From: Candidatus Chisholmbacteria bacterium
Lineage (GTDB): Bacteria > Patescibacteriota > Microgenomatia > UBA1400 > Chisholmbacteraceae
Assembly (NCBI GenBank): GCA_963704905.1
Contig: CAVPHZ010000001.1
Location: 579,438-643,437, forward strand
Length of the DNA: 64,000 nt
Direction of reading: 5' to 3'
The notes beneath the pieces are model-generated. The model ran no database searches. It was not told the origin of the DNA and saw only the letters and a program-made list of their open reading frames with translations. Below are positions 30,501-45,500 of this stretch, one piece after another. The stretch's first letter is position 1. Each line of letters begins with the position of its first letter. The translations under genes and the position numbers were made by a program.

Positions 30501-33500
30501 GACGACGGTAGGATTTTCTTACCGTACATTAGTCGCATTCTCAATGGGGCTTGCGCCTACGATAAGTATCTCCGGTTCTTGTGACCAATATGACCGAAGT
30601 ACGGACTGTGTGGATGATGGAAGCAATGAAATACGGGTGGCAGTTGACGGTGTGCTACAGGGTCAGTCAGATACCGTAGTCGATGGTGCATGGAGTATTA
30701 CTGGTGTGCCAACGCCAGCTGGTGGTGCTGTAATTACGGTGTTTATTAATGGTGAAACGACTGCAAGTGAGCGAGCGACGACGGTTACAGAATACTCAGG
30801 TGTTGGAAATATAACAGCGGTTCCTCTTTATCAGCGGCACTTGGTCATTGGGAGCGATCAGGACCAGACAACAACCAATACCGACCTCCAACAATACGAC
30901 TACTCAGCCAGCGGCAATGATGTTGATGTTATCTATGACGTTAACAATGCTACCAATGATCTTACTGTTGATAACCTTGGAAGCTACAGCGATGAAACAC
31001 TCCTCATTCTTTCAGGAGATACCTACATACCTGACAGTGGTAGTAGTGGAAATGTAGCAACTCATGACTTTGAAACCAGCGGAACCGTGACTGCAGATGG
31101 GAATGCGTTTACCGTCAGTGGTTCATGGGATAACAACAGCGTGTTTACTGCCAATACTTCTACTGTCAGCATGACTGCAACCAGTGGAACAGAAACCATT
31201 GATTCGACAGGAGCAAGTACTGCAGCTTTCAACACCCTCAACCTGGGATCAGGATCAGGAACTGCAACCTGGAACATAGGCAGTGCTTTGGATGTGGATG
31301 GAGCGTTGACCATTGATTGGGGAACCTTGGATATGAATGGTGCCAATAACATCAACCTGGCAAATAACCTTACTATCAATGCCAATGGAAACTATACGAG
31401 CGGAACCGGAACCGTCACCTTTGATGGATCTGGAACCAACACCTGGACTGATAACCGAGCCACTAAAGCCAATATGGGAACGGTAAGCATCAATGGAACC
31501 AGCAAGACGATCAACTTTGGATCATCTGTGACTGCAGCCAGTGTGAATGTGGCTGGATCGCAAACACTGGGACTGGGCTCAAGCGGGTATACGCTTACGC
31601 TAACCGGCACGGGAACTCCATTTACCGTAACCGGAACCCTGGATGAAGGGACTGATTCGACTGTTGTATATACAGGGAATGGTGTGACGACCATAGTTGC
31701 CGAAACATATGACAATTTGTCAGTTCACCCTGGAGGAACGGTTACCCACACATTGGCTGCTGGTACTTTCAATATAAATGGAGACTTTTCGGTCGGGGAT
31801 GGGACGAATACTGGAACGATCCAAGCAAATACCAATGATCCGGCGATTACTATTTCTGGATCAATGACGATCAATGCGAATGCGACGTACGAGGCAGCGA
31901 GCCTTGTTGCGAATGACTTGACAATTGGAAATGACTTTACGAACAATGGAACCTTTACCCACAATAGCGGAAGTATTGTGTTCAATGATGCGAGCAATAC
32001 TTCGACCCTTCTTTACTCTGGAACAACCACCTTTGGAACGTTTGAGGTGACTACTGATTCGAAAGCCATTGAATTTGATAATGTCGATCAAACAACGATT
32101 GTTGATGCGTTTACCATCAATGGCCAAGCGTGTGGGACAAAGATCACCATCAACTCTGATACGGGTGCAGCGCAGTTTGAGATTCAGACGAGTGGGGCTA
32201 CAGTCAGTGTAACGTACGCTGACATTCAATACTCCAATGCGCTGACGGCGATGAGTGCAACGAACTCGGCGAATAGCGGAAATAACACAGGATGGACGAT
32301 CACGGAGGACACATGCGCATCGATGAGCTTGAGTGGTAATGTCTATAATTTTGGGACCTCAACTGCTCTAACAGAGTGTGATGCGAGCGGTGCGACATTT
32401 GAGCTACGACTTCGAATTCAAACCACCACATATTCAGCAAGCTGCAGCAATACTGATGGATCTTATACCTTTACCGGGATTTCTATTCCAACGGTTGGAG
32501 ATGGAATGGTACTTTGGATTGATGATGCAGAGGTACCAGAGACTGATGGGGCCTTAGTCGTTAGATTTGATGGGGTCCAACCTTCACCTAACAACACTTT
32601 CTATGACGATGCTGTTACTGTCACCAGTGATGACACCAATCCAGTGGATATCCTTCATATGAATGTGTATGACAATGGCCAAGATAGCGATATTCCCTAT
32701 ACCGCGACCGATGCTTCTCCTGATACTCTGGTGGTTAACAGCGGATATGAATTTTTAGTACAACTGAAGAGCGGAGTGGCTTCTGGCTCTACAGTCTTCC
32801 AACCCAATGGAACGGTGACTACCAATGCCACTGGAGGGGATTTCCACATTGATGACAATGCAACCGCTTTTCTTGATACCGATACCAATACCATTGGAAG
32901 AGACATTTTGATTGATGGAGGAGCACGGCTCAACATTGATGGCGACACTAATGTAAATGGCGGAGACATTACCATGAGTGGAACGAGTCCACGGATTGAT
33001 ACAACAGCAGGGACACCAACCGTGACGATGACTTCCACAGGATCGATTGGTGGAGGAACCACGCCTACAACAACGTTTCACAACTTGGCTACAACCGGAA
33101 CCGGAACCACCACTGTAACCAATTCCACTACCACCAATGGGGATGTGACCGTGGGAACGGGAACCACCTTTACTGTGAATGCAGACCTTACTGTCAATGG
33201 AGGGGACTTTACCAATACCACCACAGGAGTGATTAACACCACTTCAGGCACACCCACAGTCACGATGAGTGGAACAGGTAATCTAGGAGGAGGATCAGGA
33301 TCAGTTACCCTTTTTGATCTGACTACATCTGGAAGTGGAACCACCACCATTGCTTCTACTGTTACCACCAACAATGATGTCTCAGTAGGAGCTGGAACTA
33401 CACTTAGGATAAACAACAACTTGAACATTGATGGAGGAGACTTAACAACCACAAGCACTGGAATCATTGATTACACCAGTGGAATACCAACTGTTGATCT

Positions 33501-36500
33501 CGATGGTACTGGTACCTTGGGAGGAGGAAGTGGTTCCATTACTCTCTACACTCTTGATCTTGGAGATACCACTACTGACACCACCACGCTTTCTTCCACC
33601 ATTGCTGCTGATAATCAAATCATCATTAACACCAATCAGACATTCACGGTAGGGAGCAACAATGTGACGGTTGGATCATCAAGTGTGACTGACTCTGGAA
33701 ACATTTCAAACTCTGGAACTTACACCCAAACGGGAGGAACAACCACCATTCAATCATCTGATACCAGCACAGCACCAACAATTGGTGGAAGCGGGACGAG
33801 TACGTTTAACAACCTCGATATTGGTCCGACGACTGCTGACAATCTTACGTACACTTTTAATACAGCTGGCGATATTACTGTTTCAAATTTATTAACCATT
33901 CAAGATGCGGGTGGGGCTGACACGCACACATTGGATGGCCAGAATGACACCATATCTTTACCAGCAAGTGGAACGCCGTTTGTGGTTGATAGCAATGCGG
34001 TGTTCTCAGCAAATACATCAACAGTTTCTTACACTGGGACGAGTGCGACGAGCGTTGCAAGCACAACGTATTACACACTTAATATTGGAACGACTGCCAA
34101 CAGTAGCACTCTAACATATACACTGCTAGGAGATACGGGCGTAGATAATGTTTTAACTATTGGTGCGAGCTCCGGTACAGGGGTGCATACGCTTGATGCC
34201 TCCTCATTTAGTCTCACCATGGGTGGTGCAGGAACACCTCTGGTAATTAATAGTCAAGGACTCTTTGATGAGTCTACCTCTACAGTCAACTTTACCGGTG
34301 ATGGTGCAACGACGGTAAACGCACGGGCGTACTACAATTTGGAGATTGGTAATGACGGATCGCTGGGTGCTGGTCGGACGTATACTTCAGCGGCTGGCAC
34401 AATTACCATCGCTTCTAATCTGGCAGTTGGTGCACCAACAGGCTCGTTCACCCATATCTTTGACGTTAATACCAATGACACGACGATAACAGTCAGTGAT
34501 TCAGTCACCATAACTTCGTTAGGTAATTACTCGGCTTCTTCGAATGTTTCCAATCCCTTGACGATTGCAAATGACTTTACAAATAATGGGACGTTTACTC
34601 ATAACAGTGGATTGGTTGTGTTTGATACTGCTGCAAATATTTCAACACTAACATACAGCGGGAACACGACGTTTAACGATCTTTCTATGACAACTGTTGG
34701 TAAGCCGATGTCGTTTGATGCTGCACAGCAAACTATTATCGCTGGGACGTTCACGATTACAGGTGCAAGCTGCGGAAATTTGACGCCACTTTCCTCTGAG
34801 ACATCTGGAAATCAGTGGGACATTGATATTCAAGGGTCAGCTGCAGTGACTTTTGTATATATTACCGATTCAAACGCGATCACTTCTGCCAGCGCAAGCA
34901 ACTCAACCGATGGTGGAAACAACACTGGTTGGAATATTTCAAAAGGCAGTTGTGCCAGTAGCGTGACGGGAGAAGTTGCAATTTATCGTGAAGACACTGG
35001 GCTTGAAGATGTCTCTGATACCACTCAGTTCGATCATCAGTGGGATACCATTGTGACTGAAGGTGCAAGTTTTGATCTTAATGACACTGGGGGTAGTCCC
35101 GATTATGCTTCAGTAGATCTGGCGGATGCTGGGCACTACTTGGTGCTGTATAACGCTGGTTGGCAGAGAGTAGATACCACTGATACTCGTACAGAAACGC
35201 AAGCTTGGATAGATTTGGCTGGAACCGATATCCAATATGGTAGGAGTACTTGTTACATAAGGAGTAGTGGAAATGCGAATGAATGTTGGCAATCTGGAGC
35301 TGCCATAATCAATGCCACAGCAGGTCAAGACATAAAGATAGAAGGGCAACGAACGGATAGTAGTACATTTACTCAAGAGAGGACGGCTCAGGAGGCTGGA
35401 TTACAGCTTATCAAACTCGATGATACATGGGGATATGCACGTATTCATGAGAATACAGGCGGGCAAAGTTTCAATACTAACGGTGGATATGATGCTGTTA
35501 CTTGGGATGACAATACAGATGAACTTGATGCCGGATTTTTTGCTCATAGTTCGAGCACTAATTCAGAAGAAATCACACTGAAGCTCGATGGACACTATTT
35601 AGTATCTGCAAATGTCATGCTTCAGTCAGATAGCACCACATATCGGAGGAATCGTGATATGCGATTGACTCTTGGTGACGGAACTACTCAGACAGAGATA
35701 GAAGGTACAAGAGTTACTTCATACATGAGAGGAAGTAATGGTGCTCAGGATCATGTTGCAAGTTTTGTCGGAATCATCAATGCTAGTGCTGGTGATGTGC
35801 TTGAGTTAGAAATTGGTTGTATTCGCAATGAAGACACCACGAATTCATGTGCTGGAGTGACGAATATTGGTAATCAGTCTGGTATTACTATAGCAAAGCT
35901 TCCAGATAGTGCTGACTATGTGAGGATACACGATGACGCTGTTCAAGACATTGATGATGCGACTCCGGCTCCTATACTTTGGGAAGACTCTGGAGAAGAA
36001 GAAGAGGATGCTGGATCATTCTCCCACTCTGGTGGATCCTCTCAGGTCAATATTGATTACAGCTCCAGTGCTGATTATCTGTTCTTCAGTAATCAATATG
36101 CAGATCGGACCAGTGATACTAATGGTACTCGAGCTTATCCACATTGGAACTGGAGAACTAGTGGATCATCGACTCTGCAGTACGGTAGCTTTGGAAAATA
36201 TAATCGGGGCGATAATGGGAGTACGGGAACATGGACTTCAGGAAACTCAGGTGGAGCGATACTGCTTGGATTAACAAGTTCTGATTATGTTGAAACCCTC
36301 AATACGGAAGAAGCTAATGGTGCGACTGACACAGCTGGTGAGTTTCAGGTCAACCGTTCCGCGATCCAAGGTGTGAATCTTAATACTCTTCTCCAAGCAT
36401 TTATTGATATTACAGGAACTTGTGATCAATACGATCGTAGTACTGATTGTGTGGATGATGGGAGCAATGAGATACGCGTAGCGTTTGATGGGGTATTGCA

Positions 36501-39500
36501 AACATCTCTCGATTCAGCTGTGGATGGGGCCTGGCAAATAAGCGGTTTGACTGCGCCTTCAACTGGAGCGGTCATGACTGTGTTTATCAATGGCGAAACA
36601 ACGGCGAGTGAGCGGGCGACAGCTGTGACGACCTACTCTGGATCTGGATCTGTTGGAAGTGTGACACTCTATCAACGTCACCTGACAATAGGATCAGATC
36701 AAGATCAAGAGGTTACAAATACCAACCTCCAACAATACGACTACTCAGCCAGCGGTAACGATGTGGACGTGATCTATGACGTTGCTGATGCCACCAATGA
36801 CCTGACGGTTGATAATCTTGGAAATTATACGGATGAAGTTTTGTTGGTGTTGGCTGGAGACACCTACCGGCCTGATAGCGCCAGCAGTGGGAATGTAGCT
36901 ACACATGACCTTGAAACTTCTGGAACGGTTACAGCTGATGGAAATACGTTTACCGTGAGTGGTTCATGGGACAACAATGATGTCTTTACCGCAAATACTT
37001 CAACGGTAACGATGACAGCTACAAGTGGGACGGAGTCCATTGATTCCTCTGGAGCAAGTACTGCTACCTTCAATACTCTTAATCTAGGTTCTGGTTCAGG
37101 AACAGCTACTTGGAATATGGGGAGTGCATTGGATGTTGATGGAGCTCTGACCATTGATTGGGGAACCTTAGATATGAATGGTGCCAATAACATTACTTTG
37201 GCTAATAACCTGACTATCAATAGCAACGGTTCATATACAAAAGGTACAAGCACAATCACTTTTGATGGATCAGGGACGAATACATGGACTGACAATAATT
37301 CGACAAAAGTGGATATGGGAGCAGTGAGTATCAATGGTTCAAGTAAGATAATTAATTTAGGTTCATCGGTAAATGCGACAAGCGTGGATGTTGCCGCTTC
37401 ACAAACCCTCGGACTGGCATCGTCGGGATATTCGCTTACTTTACTAGGCTCTGGTACGGCTGGGTCGCGGCCGTTTATTGTGAGCGGTAATTTAGACGAG
37501 GGAACCAACTCCTTAGTAACATATGCTGGAACAGCGGCGACAGACATTCAAGCGGAGACGTATCATGACCTGACGCTTGCACCGAGTGCAGCTGGAGGAC
37601 CAAGCTTCCGACTTGGAACTGCTTCTAGTCAGACGATCGATGTCGATGGAGATTTGGTTGTGGGAGATGGGACCAATGCGGTTACTATTCTTGCAAATAC
37701 CTTTGATCCTACCATCAATTTGGCCGAAGATTTGACACTTAACGCCAACTCCACGTGGACGAAGTCGCCTACGGCAACGCTCACCTTTAACTCGACTACG
37801 ACACCGGTCACATGGACTGACAATAATAGTACTAAGCAAGACATTGGTATCGTTTCGATTGATGGACCAAAAGAGGTTGATCTGGGTACGTCAGTTACTG
37901 CAACTACTATCAATGTAACGGGTGGAGATACTTTAGATCTACAGTCTTTAGGATATGTTTTGCAAATTACCGGTTCGGGAACGGGTGGGTCACGGCCATT
38001 GATTGTCGCCGGAACACTGAGTGAAGGAATCGATTCATTGGTTGAATTTGTTGGTACTTCAGCTACTGATATTGAAGCTGAGATCTATCACGATCTGGAA
38101 GCTGATCAGTCAGGGACTACGTTTACTGCTTTTGGAAATATTGAAGCGAGTGGAGTTTTGACTATTCAGAATGGGACGTATGATGGCTCAAGCTTCACGA
38201 CGACACTGTCTGGTACCGGGACGCCGTTTGTCATCAATGATACTTTTACCCCATCAACATCAACTATTTCTTATACAGGTAATGGGGCAACGACAATCAC
38301 AAGTACCACCTATTACACACTTAGTGTCGGGACGAGCAATTCAGCAAATATTACTTACTCTGCAGGCGGAGCGTTGGTTGTGAATAATCAGTTAAACCTG
38401 CAGTCCGCAGCTGCGACGTTTAACAATACACTCAGTGTGGGAGCCAATGATTTGACCGTCGGGCTAAGCGGAGTGACGAATAGCGGAGGAATTAGTGTTC
38501 CTTTACGAAGTAGTTTGACACAGTCTGCATCAGCTACAACGTCTATCAGGTCTTCCTCTGGTGGATCGGCAAGCATAGGAGGAGATGGGAGCATACAGTT
38601 TTTCAACCTGACATTTGATCCTTCAGTTGCCAGCGCACCGACGTTTACTTTGGGAAATGGTGCAAGTCAGACGATAGATGTTGACAGGAATTTGACGGTA
38701 GGGAATGGGACAAATCCGGTAATTATCCAGTGGGAGACGAATGATCCAACGCTTACTGTGGGTGGAAATTTATTGCTTTCCAATAATTCCACATGGACAA
38801 AGTCTACGACTGCAACGTTAACCTTTGATGGTGCTACCACGCCAGTGACGTGGACAGACAACAATGGAACTAAACAGGACTTAGGTGATGTGTCGATTGA
38901 TGGACCAAAAGAAGTTGATATTGGAGGTTCAGTCACTGCAACAAGTGTTGATGTAACGGGTGGAGATACGCTTGATCTTCAATCTTTGGGATATACATTA
39001 TCACTTACTGGAACTGGAACTCCGTTTACCGTGGGAGGTACATTAAGCGAAGGTACTGACTCGACCGTTCGTTACATTGGTAATGGTTCGACTAATATAA
39101 CAGCTGAGACGTATGACAAGCTTTCGATTCATCCGGGCGGTACGGTCACTCATACAATTCAAACCGGTACGCTCACTGTGAATGGCGATCTTTCGATTGG
39201 AGACGGCAGTAATACCGGGACAATAGAGGCGAACACCAATGATCCGACTATAACGGTTGCCGGATCGATGACGATCAATGCCAATGGAATCTACCAGGCC
39301 TCAAGCAACACCCTCAATCCCCTCACTATTGGTGATGACTTCACCAACAATGGTACTTTCACCCACAACTCCGGACGGATTGTGTTTAATGACTCCGGAA
39401 ACACCTCAACCCTTCTATATGCCGGGAACACCACCTTTGGTGCCTTTGATGTCACCTCTGCCAGCAAGGCTATGGCATTTGACAGTGCTGATCAGACCAT

Positions 39501-42500
39501 CATTACTGGAGCCTTAACGATCAACGGTGCTGCCTGCGGTACTCCCATTACCCTTTCTTCTGCCACCGGCGGTAACCAATGGGATGTTGATGCTCAAGGA
39601 AGTGTGAGTGTTGATTATGTCACTCTTACTGACAGCAATGCGATTACTGCAGTGAGCGCTACCAACAGCACCAGCGGAGGCAACAACAGCAACTGGACCA
39701 TTGATGGAGGAACTTGTGCTGATAACTGGGAAGGGATTGCCTATACCAATGATGATGAAGCCACCCCACTCTCAGCTGTCTCTGTGTGCGCGGTGGTCAA
39801 TAGTGGAACACCGGTGTGTGAAACCACCAATGGGAGTGGCGTATTTACCATTGTTTCCCAAGATGCCAGTGCCACTGACCAACTCACCTTCTTTGTTGAC
39901 GGAGGAGTTGATGTGGGGAATACGGTCACCATTTCAGATGGAGGAGACATCACTACTGGAGATAATCTGCGTCTCTATGAAGATCATGTGACTCTCCGGC
40001 ATGAACAAGGAACCGATATCTCGATTGTTGACCTTGATGCCTATGACAATGATCAGAACAGCACCGACATGCTCTATGATGCTGAAGACCTGGCTACGGA
40101 CACCCTTGTCATAGAATCTGGCTATGAACTGTTTATCTACAACAGTTACACCTTTGACGCTGATGGAACGGTGACTACCCAAGGAGCTGGTGGGAACCTG
40201 CAAGTTGATAACAGTGCCACTGCCATTCTGGATACCACCTCCAATACCATTGCTAGTGACCTGATCATTGACTCGGGAGCCACCTGTACCATCAATGGAG
40301 ATACTTCCATTAATGGAGGAGATATCACTATGAGTGGAACCAGCCCAGTTCTCAATACTACTGCAGGAACACCAACCGTGACCATGAGTTCAACAGGCTC
40401 CATTGATGGAGGAACCACGCCAAGCATTACCTTCTATGACTTAGCAACAACAGGAACAGGAACTACCACCATTGCCAACGCAACAACGGTGAACAACGAT
40501 GTCTCTGTTGGAACAGGAACCACTCTAAGAGTGAATGCCAACCTGAACATTGATGGTGGAGATCTGACTACGACAACCACAGGAAGTATTGATTACACAT
40601 CAGGAACACCAACGGTTGATATTGATGGAACAGGAACTCTGGGAGGCGGGTCAGGATCCATCACTTTCTATACCCTCGACCTGGGAGATGGGACGACTGA
40701 TACTACGACGCTTTCATCTAATATATCTGTTGATAACAGTATTACTGTTAATGCTAGTCAGACTTTGAATATTTCTAGTAATGATGTGACTGTGGGATCT
40801 TCATCTGTTACTGATTCAGGTTCAATTAATGTGAGCGGGATTTATAGCCAGAGTGGGGGAACTACTACCGTTCAGTCTTCCGATACATCAACGGCTCCGG
40901 TGATTGGAGGGAGTGGGACTAGTACTTTTTACAATTTAGATATCGGACCAAGCACAGCCGACAATCTGACCTACACGTTTGATACGGCTTCGGATATCAA
41001 TGTTTCCAGTATTTTGACAATTCAAGATGCAGGTGGTGCTGACACTCATACACTTGATGTTCAGAATGATACGGTAACCTTGTTTGGTTCTGGTACACCC
41101 TTTGTAGTGGATAGCAATGCAATTTTCAACGAGAACACTTCGACTGTCAGTTATACAGGGGCGAGTGCTACAAATGTGACAGCGGAAACGTATTACAACC
41201 TTAATATTGGAACTACTGCAAATAGTAGTAATGTTACGTATACCTTGGCAGGGGATACCACGGTTAGCAATATTTTGACGATAGGAGCAAGCAGTGGAAC
41301 GGGTACGCATACGTTGGACGGTTCCAATAGAACAGTCATGCTTTCCGGCACAGGCACTCCGTTAGTGATCAACAGCCAGGGAGACTACGAAGAATCGACT
41401 TCAACCGTAAACTACACTGGGGATGGGGCGACGAACGTTACAGTAAATGGATACTACCATCTCGAAATAGGAAATAATGGATCACTGGGAGCTGATAGAA
41501 CGTATACATCTGCTGGCGGAACGGTCACCGTAGGAGGAAATCTGACTGTCGGAGCACCGAGCGGAGTCAGGACGCACACACTTGAAGTCAATACGAATGA
41601 CACTACAGTTGCGATAACCGGATCTTTAGCGATAACGACGCTGGGAATCTATTCGGCTTCCTCAAACACTGCCAATCCGCTAACAATCGGAAACGATTTT
41701 ACTAATAACGGTACCTTCACGCATAACAGTGGGAGAATTATCTTTAATGATGTGTCACAAACATCAACACTTCTTTATAGCGGGACGACAATATTTTCAA
41801 CCTTTGAAGTGACGACGGCTGGGAAGTTTATGGAGTTTGATAATGTTGATCAGACTACGATCACGGCAGCCGTCACAATAGATGGACAGGGTTGCGGGTC
41901 TCTGGTTGAGATTAATTCGGATACGGGTGCGGCGCAATTTGAGATTCAAACCAGCGGGGCGACGGTGAGCATTGATCGGGCACGGATCCAATGGTCCAAT
42001 GCTTTGACGGCGATGACGGCTAACGACTCTAAGGATGGAGGGAATAATACCGGGTGGACGATCAACGAAGGGGCGTGTGCTGACATGGAGGTCACAGGTT
42101 TTGTGTATGATTTCGGAACTTCGACGGCGCTCACTGAGTGCGACGGAAGCGGAGCGACGTTTGAACTGCGACTTCGGGTGTTGACCACAACTTATTCAGC
42201 CAGTTGCAGTGCTGCAGACGGATCGTATACGTTTTCTGGGGTGGTTATTCCCTCTACCGGTGATGGGTTGGTCGTCTGGATTGATGATGTGGAGGCACCG
42301 GAAACTGATGGAGCACTGGTCACCAGGTTTGATGGGACGAAGCCATCTAGCGATAACGTGTTTTATGACGATGCGGTAACGGTGACCAGCGATGATACGA
42401 ATCCTGCGGACATCATTGACATGGATGTGTATGACAACGGAGACGATTCGGATATACCCTATTCGGCAACCGACGCGGCGACCGACACCTTAGTTGTCAA

Positions 42501-45500
42501 CAGCGGATATGAGCTGTTGGTGCAACTGAAGAGCGGAGTAGCAAGCGGGTCTACGGTTTTTGACCCCAATGGAACGGTGACGACCAATGCAACGGGTGGA
42601 GATTTCCATATCGACGATAACGCAACGGCGTTTTTGGATACAGCCACGAATACGATTGGGAGGGATATCGAAATTGACGGGGGAGCCAGGCTTAATATAA
42701 ATGGTAGTACGGATGTGAATGGTGGAGACATCACGCTTTCCGGCTCGAGTCCGAGAGTCGACACAACTGCGGGGACACCAACGGTGACCATGAGCAGTAC
42801 CGGGACAATCGGAGGGGGAACGACGCCAACGATTGCGTTCTACAATTTGGCTACTTCCGGGAGTGGAACAACTACTATTAGTAATACGGCAACAGTGAAT
42901 AATGATGTCTCAGTTGGAGCAGGCACTACCTTGCGTGTGAATGCCAACTTGAATGTTGACGGTGGTGATCTAACTACGACAACCACCGGATCGATAGACC
43001 ATACATCAGGGACACCAACCATTGATATTGATGGCACGGGCATACTTGGCGGAGGAAGTGGATCGATTACGTTTTATAATCTTGATTTGGGAGATGGGAC
43101 AAGTGATACAACCACGCTGGCGAGCACCATAACAGTAGATAATCAAATTACTATTAACAGTGATCAGACATTCACGGTTGGGAGTAACTCTGTAAATGTT
43201 GGGAGCGGATCAGTAACAGACAGCGGGACAATCAGCGTTGCGTCAAGTGGAGTGTTTAACCAGAGTGGAGGGACGACGACAGTTACGAGCTCTGATGGTT
43301 CGACTGCTCCAACTTTAGGAGGAGCTGGAACGACAACATTTTATAACTTTACTCTGGGATCTACTTCTGATGCGCGAACTTACACATTTGACGCCACCGG
43401 AGATATTACAGTTTCAAATAACATAACACTTACAGATCCAGGGATTGGAGATAGTCACAATCTTGATGTACAAGGAAACGATGTTGATGTAGGGAGTGGA
43501 TCAGTTACTGATTCCGGATCGATTACTGTTCCCAGTCGATCTCGTTATATTCAAGGTACCTCAGGTACAACCACAATACATTCATCAGATAATTCAACGG
43601 CACCAATTCTCGGAGGTGCAGGTGATACTACTTTCTATAATTTAATAATAGGTAATACATCAGACGCGCTTACAATTACAGTTGATTTCTCAGGAAGTAT
43701 TGAAGTGCTAAACGGTTTAATTGTTACTGATCCCGGAGTTGGTGATATTCATACATTGGACGCCTTGGGAAATGATTTGACTGTGGGATCTAGTGGGGCG
43801 ACTGATTCTGGGGATATTATTGTCGCTTTGAATGCAGTATTCACTCAGAGTTCCAGTGGGACAACCACTGTTTCATCAAGTGATACTTCGACAGCACCTC
43901 TCTTGGGGGGAGGAGGGACGACAACGTTCTATACGTTAAATGTCGGTTCGACAACAGCTGACAATTTAACCTATACATTTTCCACAGCTGGAAATATTAC
44001 CGTTAGCAATGTACTGACCATCCAAGATGCTGGAGGAGCTGATACACATACATTGAGCGCCTCGGATGATACTGTCACTTTGACTGGAACAGGGACGCCG
44101 TTTGTGGTGGATAGCAATGCGAGTTTTACCGAGTCAACTTCGACAGTAAACTACATTGGGGATGGGTCAACGAATGTTGCAGCAGAGGGCTACTATAATC
44201 TGGAGATTGGGAATAGTGCTAGTCTTGGAACGGGGAGAACCTATACTTCGCAGACCGGAACTATCACTGCTAGTAATAATCTGCTAGTTGGAGCCCCTTC
44301 AGGAAGTTTCACCCATCTTTTTGAGGTAAATACCAACGATACTACGATTACTGTGAGCGCTGATGTTGAGATTACAGCACTCGGAAGTTTTTCCGCATCA
44401 AGTAACACTGCCAATCCTTTGACCATTGGCGATGACCTCACCAACAATGGTACTTTCACCCACAACTCCGGGCGGATTGTGTTTAATGACTCCGGGAACA
44501 CGTCTACTCTTCTGTATGCTGGCAACACCACCTTTGGTGCCTTTGATGTCACCTCTGCCAGTAAGGCTATGGCATTTGACAGTGCTGATCAGACCATCAT
44601 TACTGGGACACTGACTATCAATGGTACTGCCTGCGGTACTCCCATTACCCTTTCTTCTGCCACCGGCGGCAACCAATGGGATGTTGATGCTCAAGGAAGT
44701 GTGAGTGTTGATTATGTCACTCTTACTGACAGCAATGCGATCACAGCTGTCTCTGCTACCAACAGCACCAGCGGAGGCAACAACAGCAACTGGACGATTA
44801 GCGGAGGAACTTGTGCTGATAACTGGGAAGGGATTGCTTACACCAATGATGATGAAGCCACCCCACTCTCAGCTGTCTCTGTGTGCGCGGTGGTCAATAG
44901 TGGAACACCGGTGTGTGAGAACACCAATGGGAGTGGCGTGTTTACCATTGTTTCCCAGGATGCCAGTGCCACTGACCAACTCACCTTCTTTGTTGACGGT
45001 GGCGCGACCTTCGGAAACACCACCACCATCAGTGATGGTGGAGACATCACTACTGGTGATAACCTGCGCCTCTACGAAGATCATGTGACCCTGCGGCATG
45101 AACAAGGAACCGATATCTCGATTGTTGACCTTGATGCCTATGACAATGATCAGAACAGCACCGACATGCTCTATGATGCTGAAGACCTGGCTACGGACAC
45201 CCTTGTCATAGAATCTGGCTATGAACTGTTTATCTACAACAGTTACACCTTTGACGCTGATGGAACGGTGACTACCCAAGGAGCTGGTGGGAACCTGCAA
45301 GTTGATAACAGTGCCACTGCCATTCTGGATACCACCTCCAACACCATTGCTAGTGACCTGATCATTGACTCGGGAGCCACCTGTACTCTCAATGGAGATA
45401 CTTCCATTAATGGAGGAGATATCACTATGAGTGGAACCAGCCCAGTTCTCAATACTACTGCAGGAACACCAACCGTGACCATGAGTTCAACAGGCTCCAT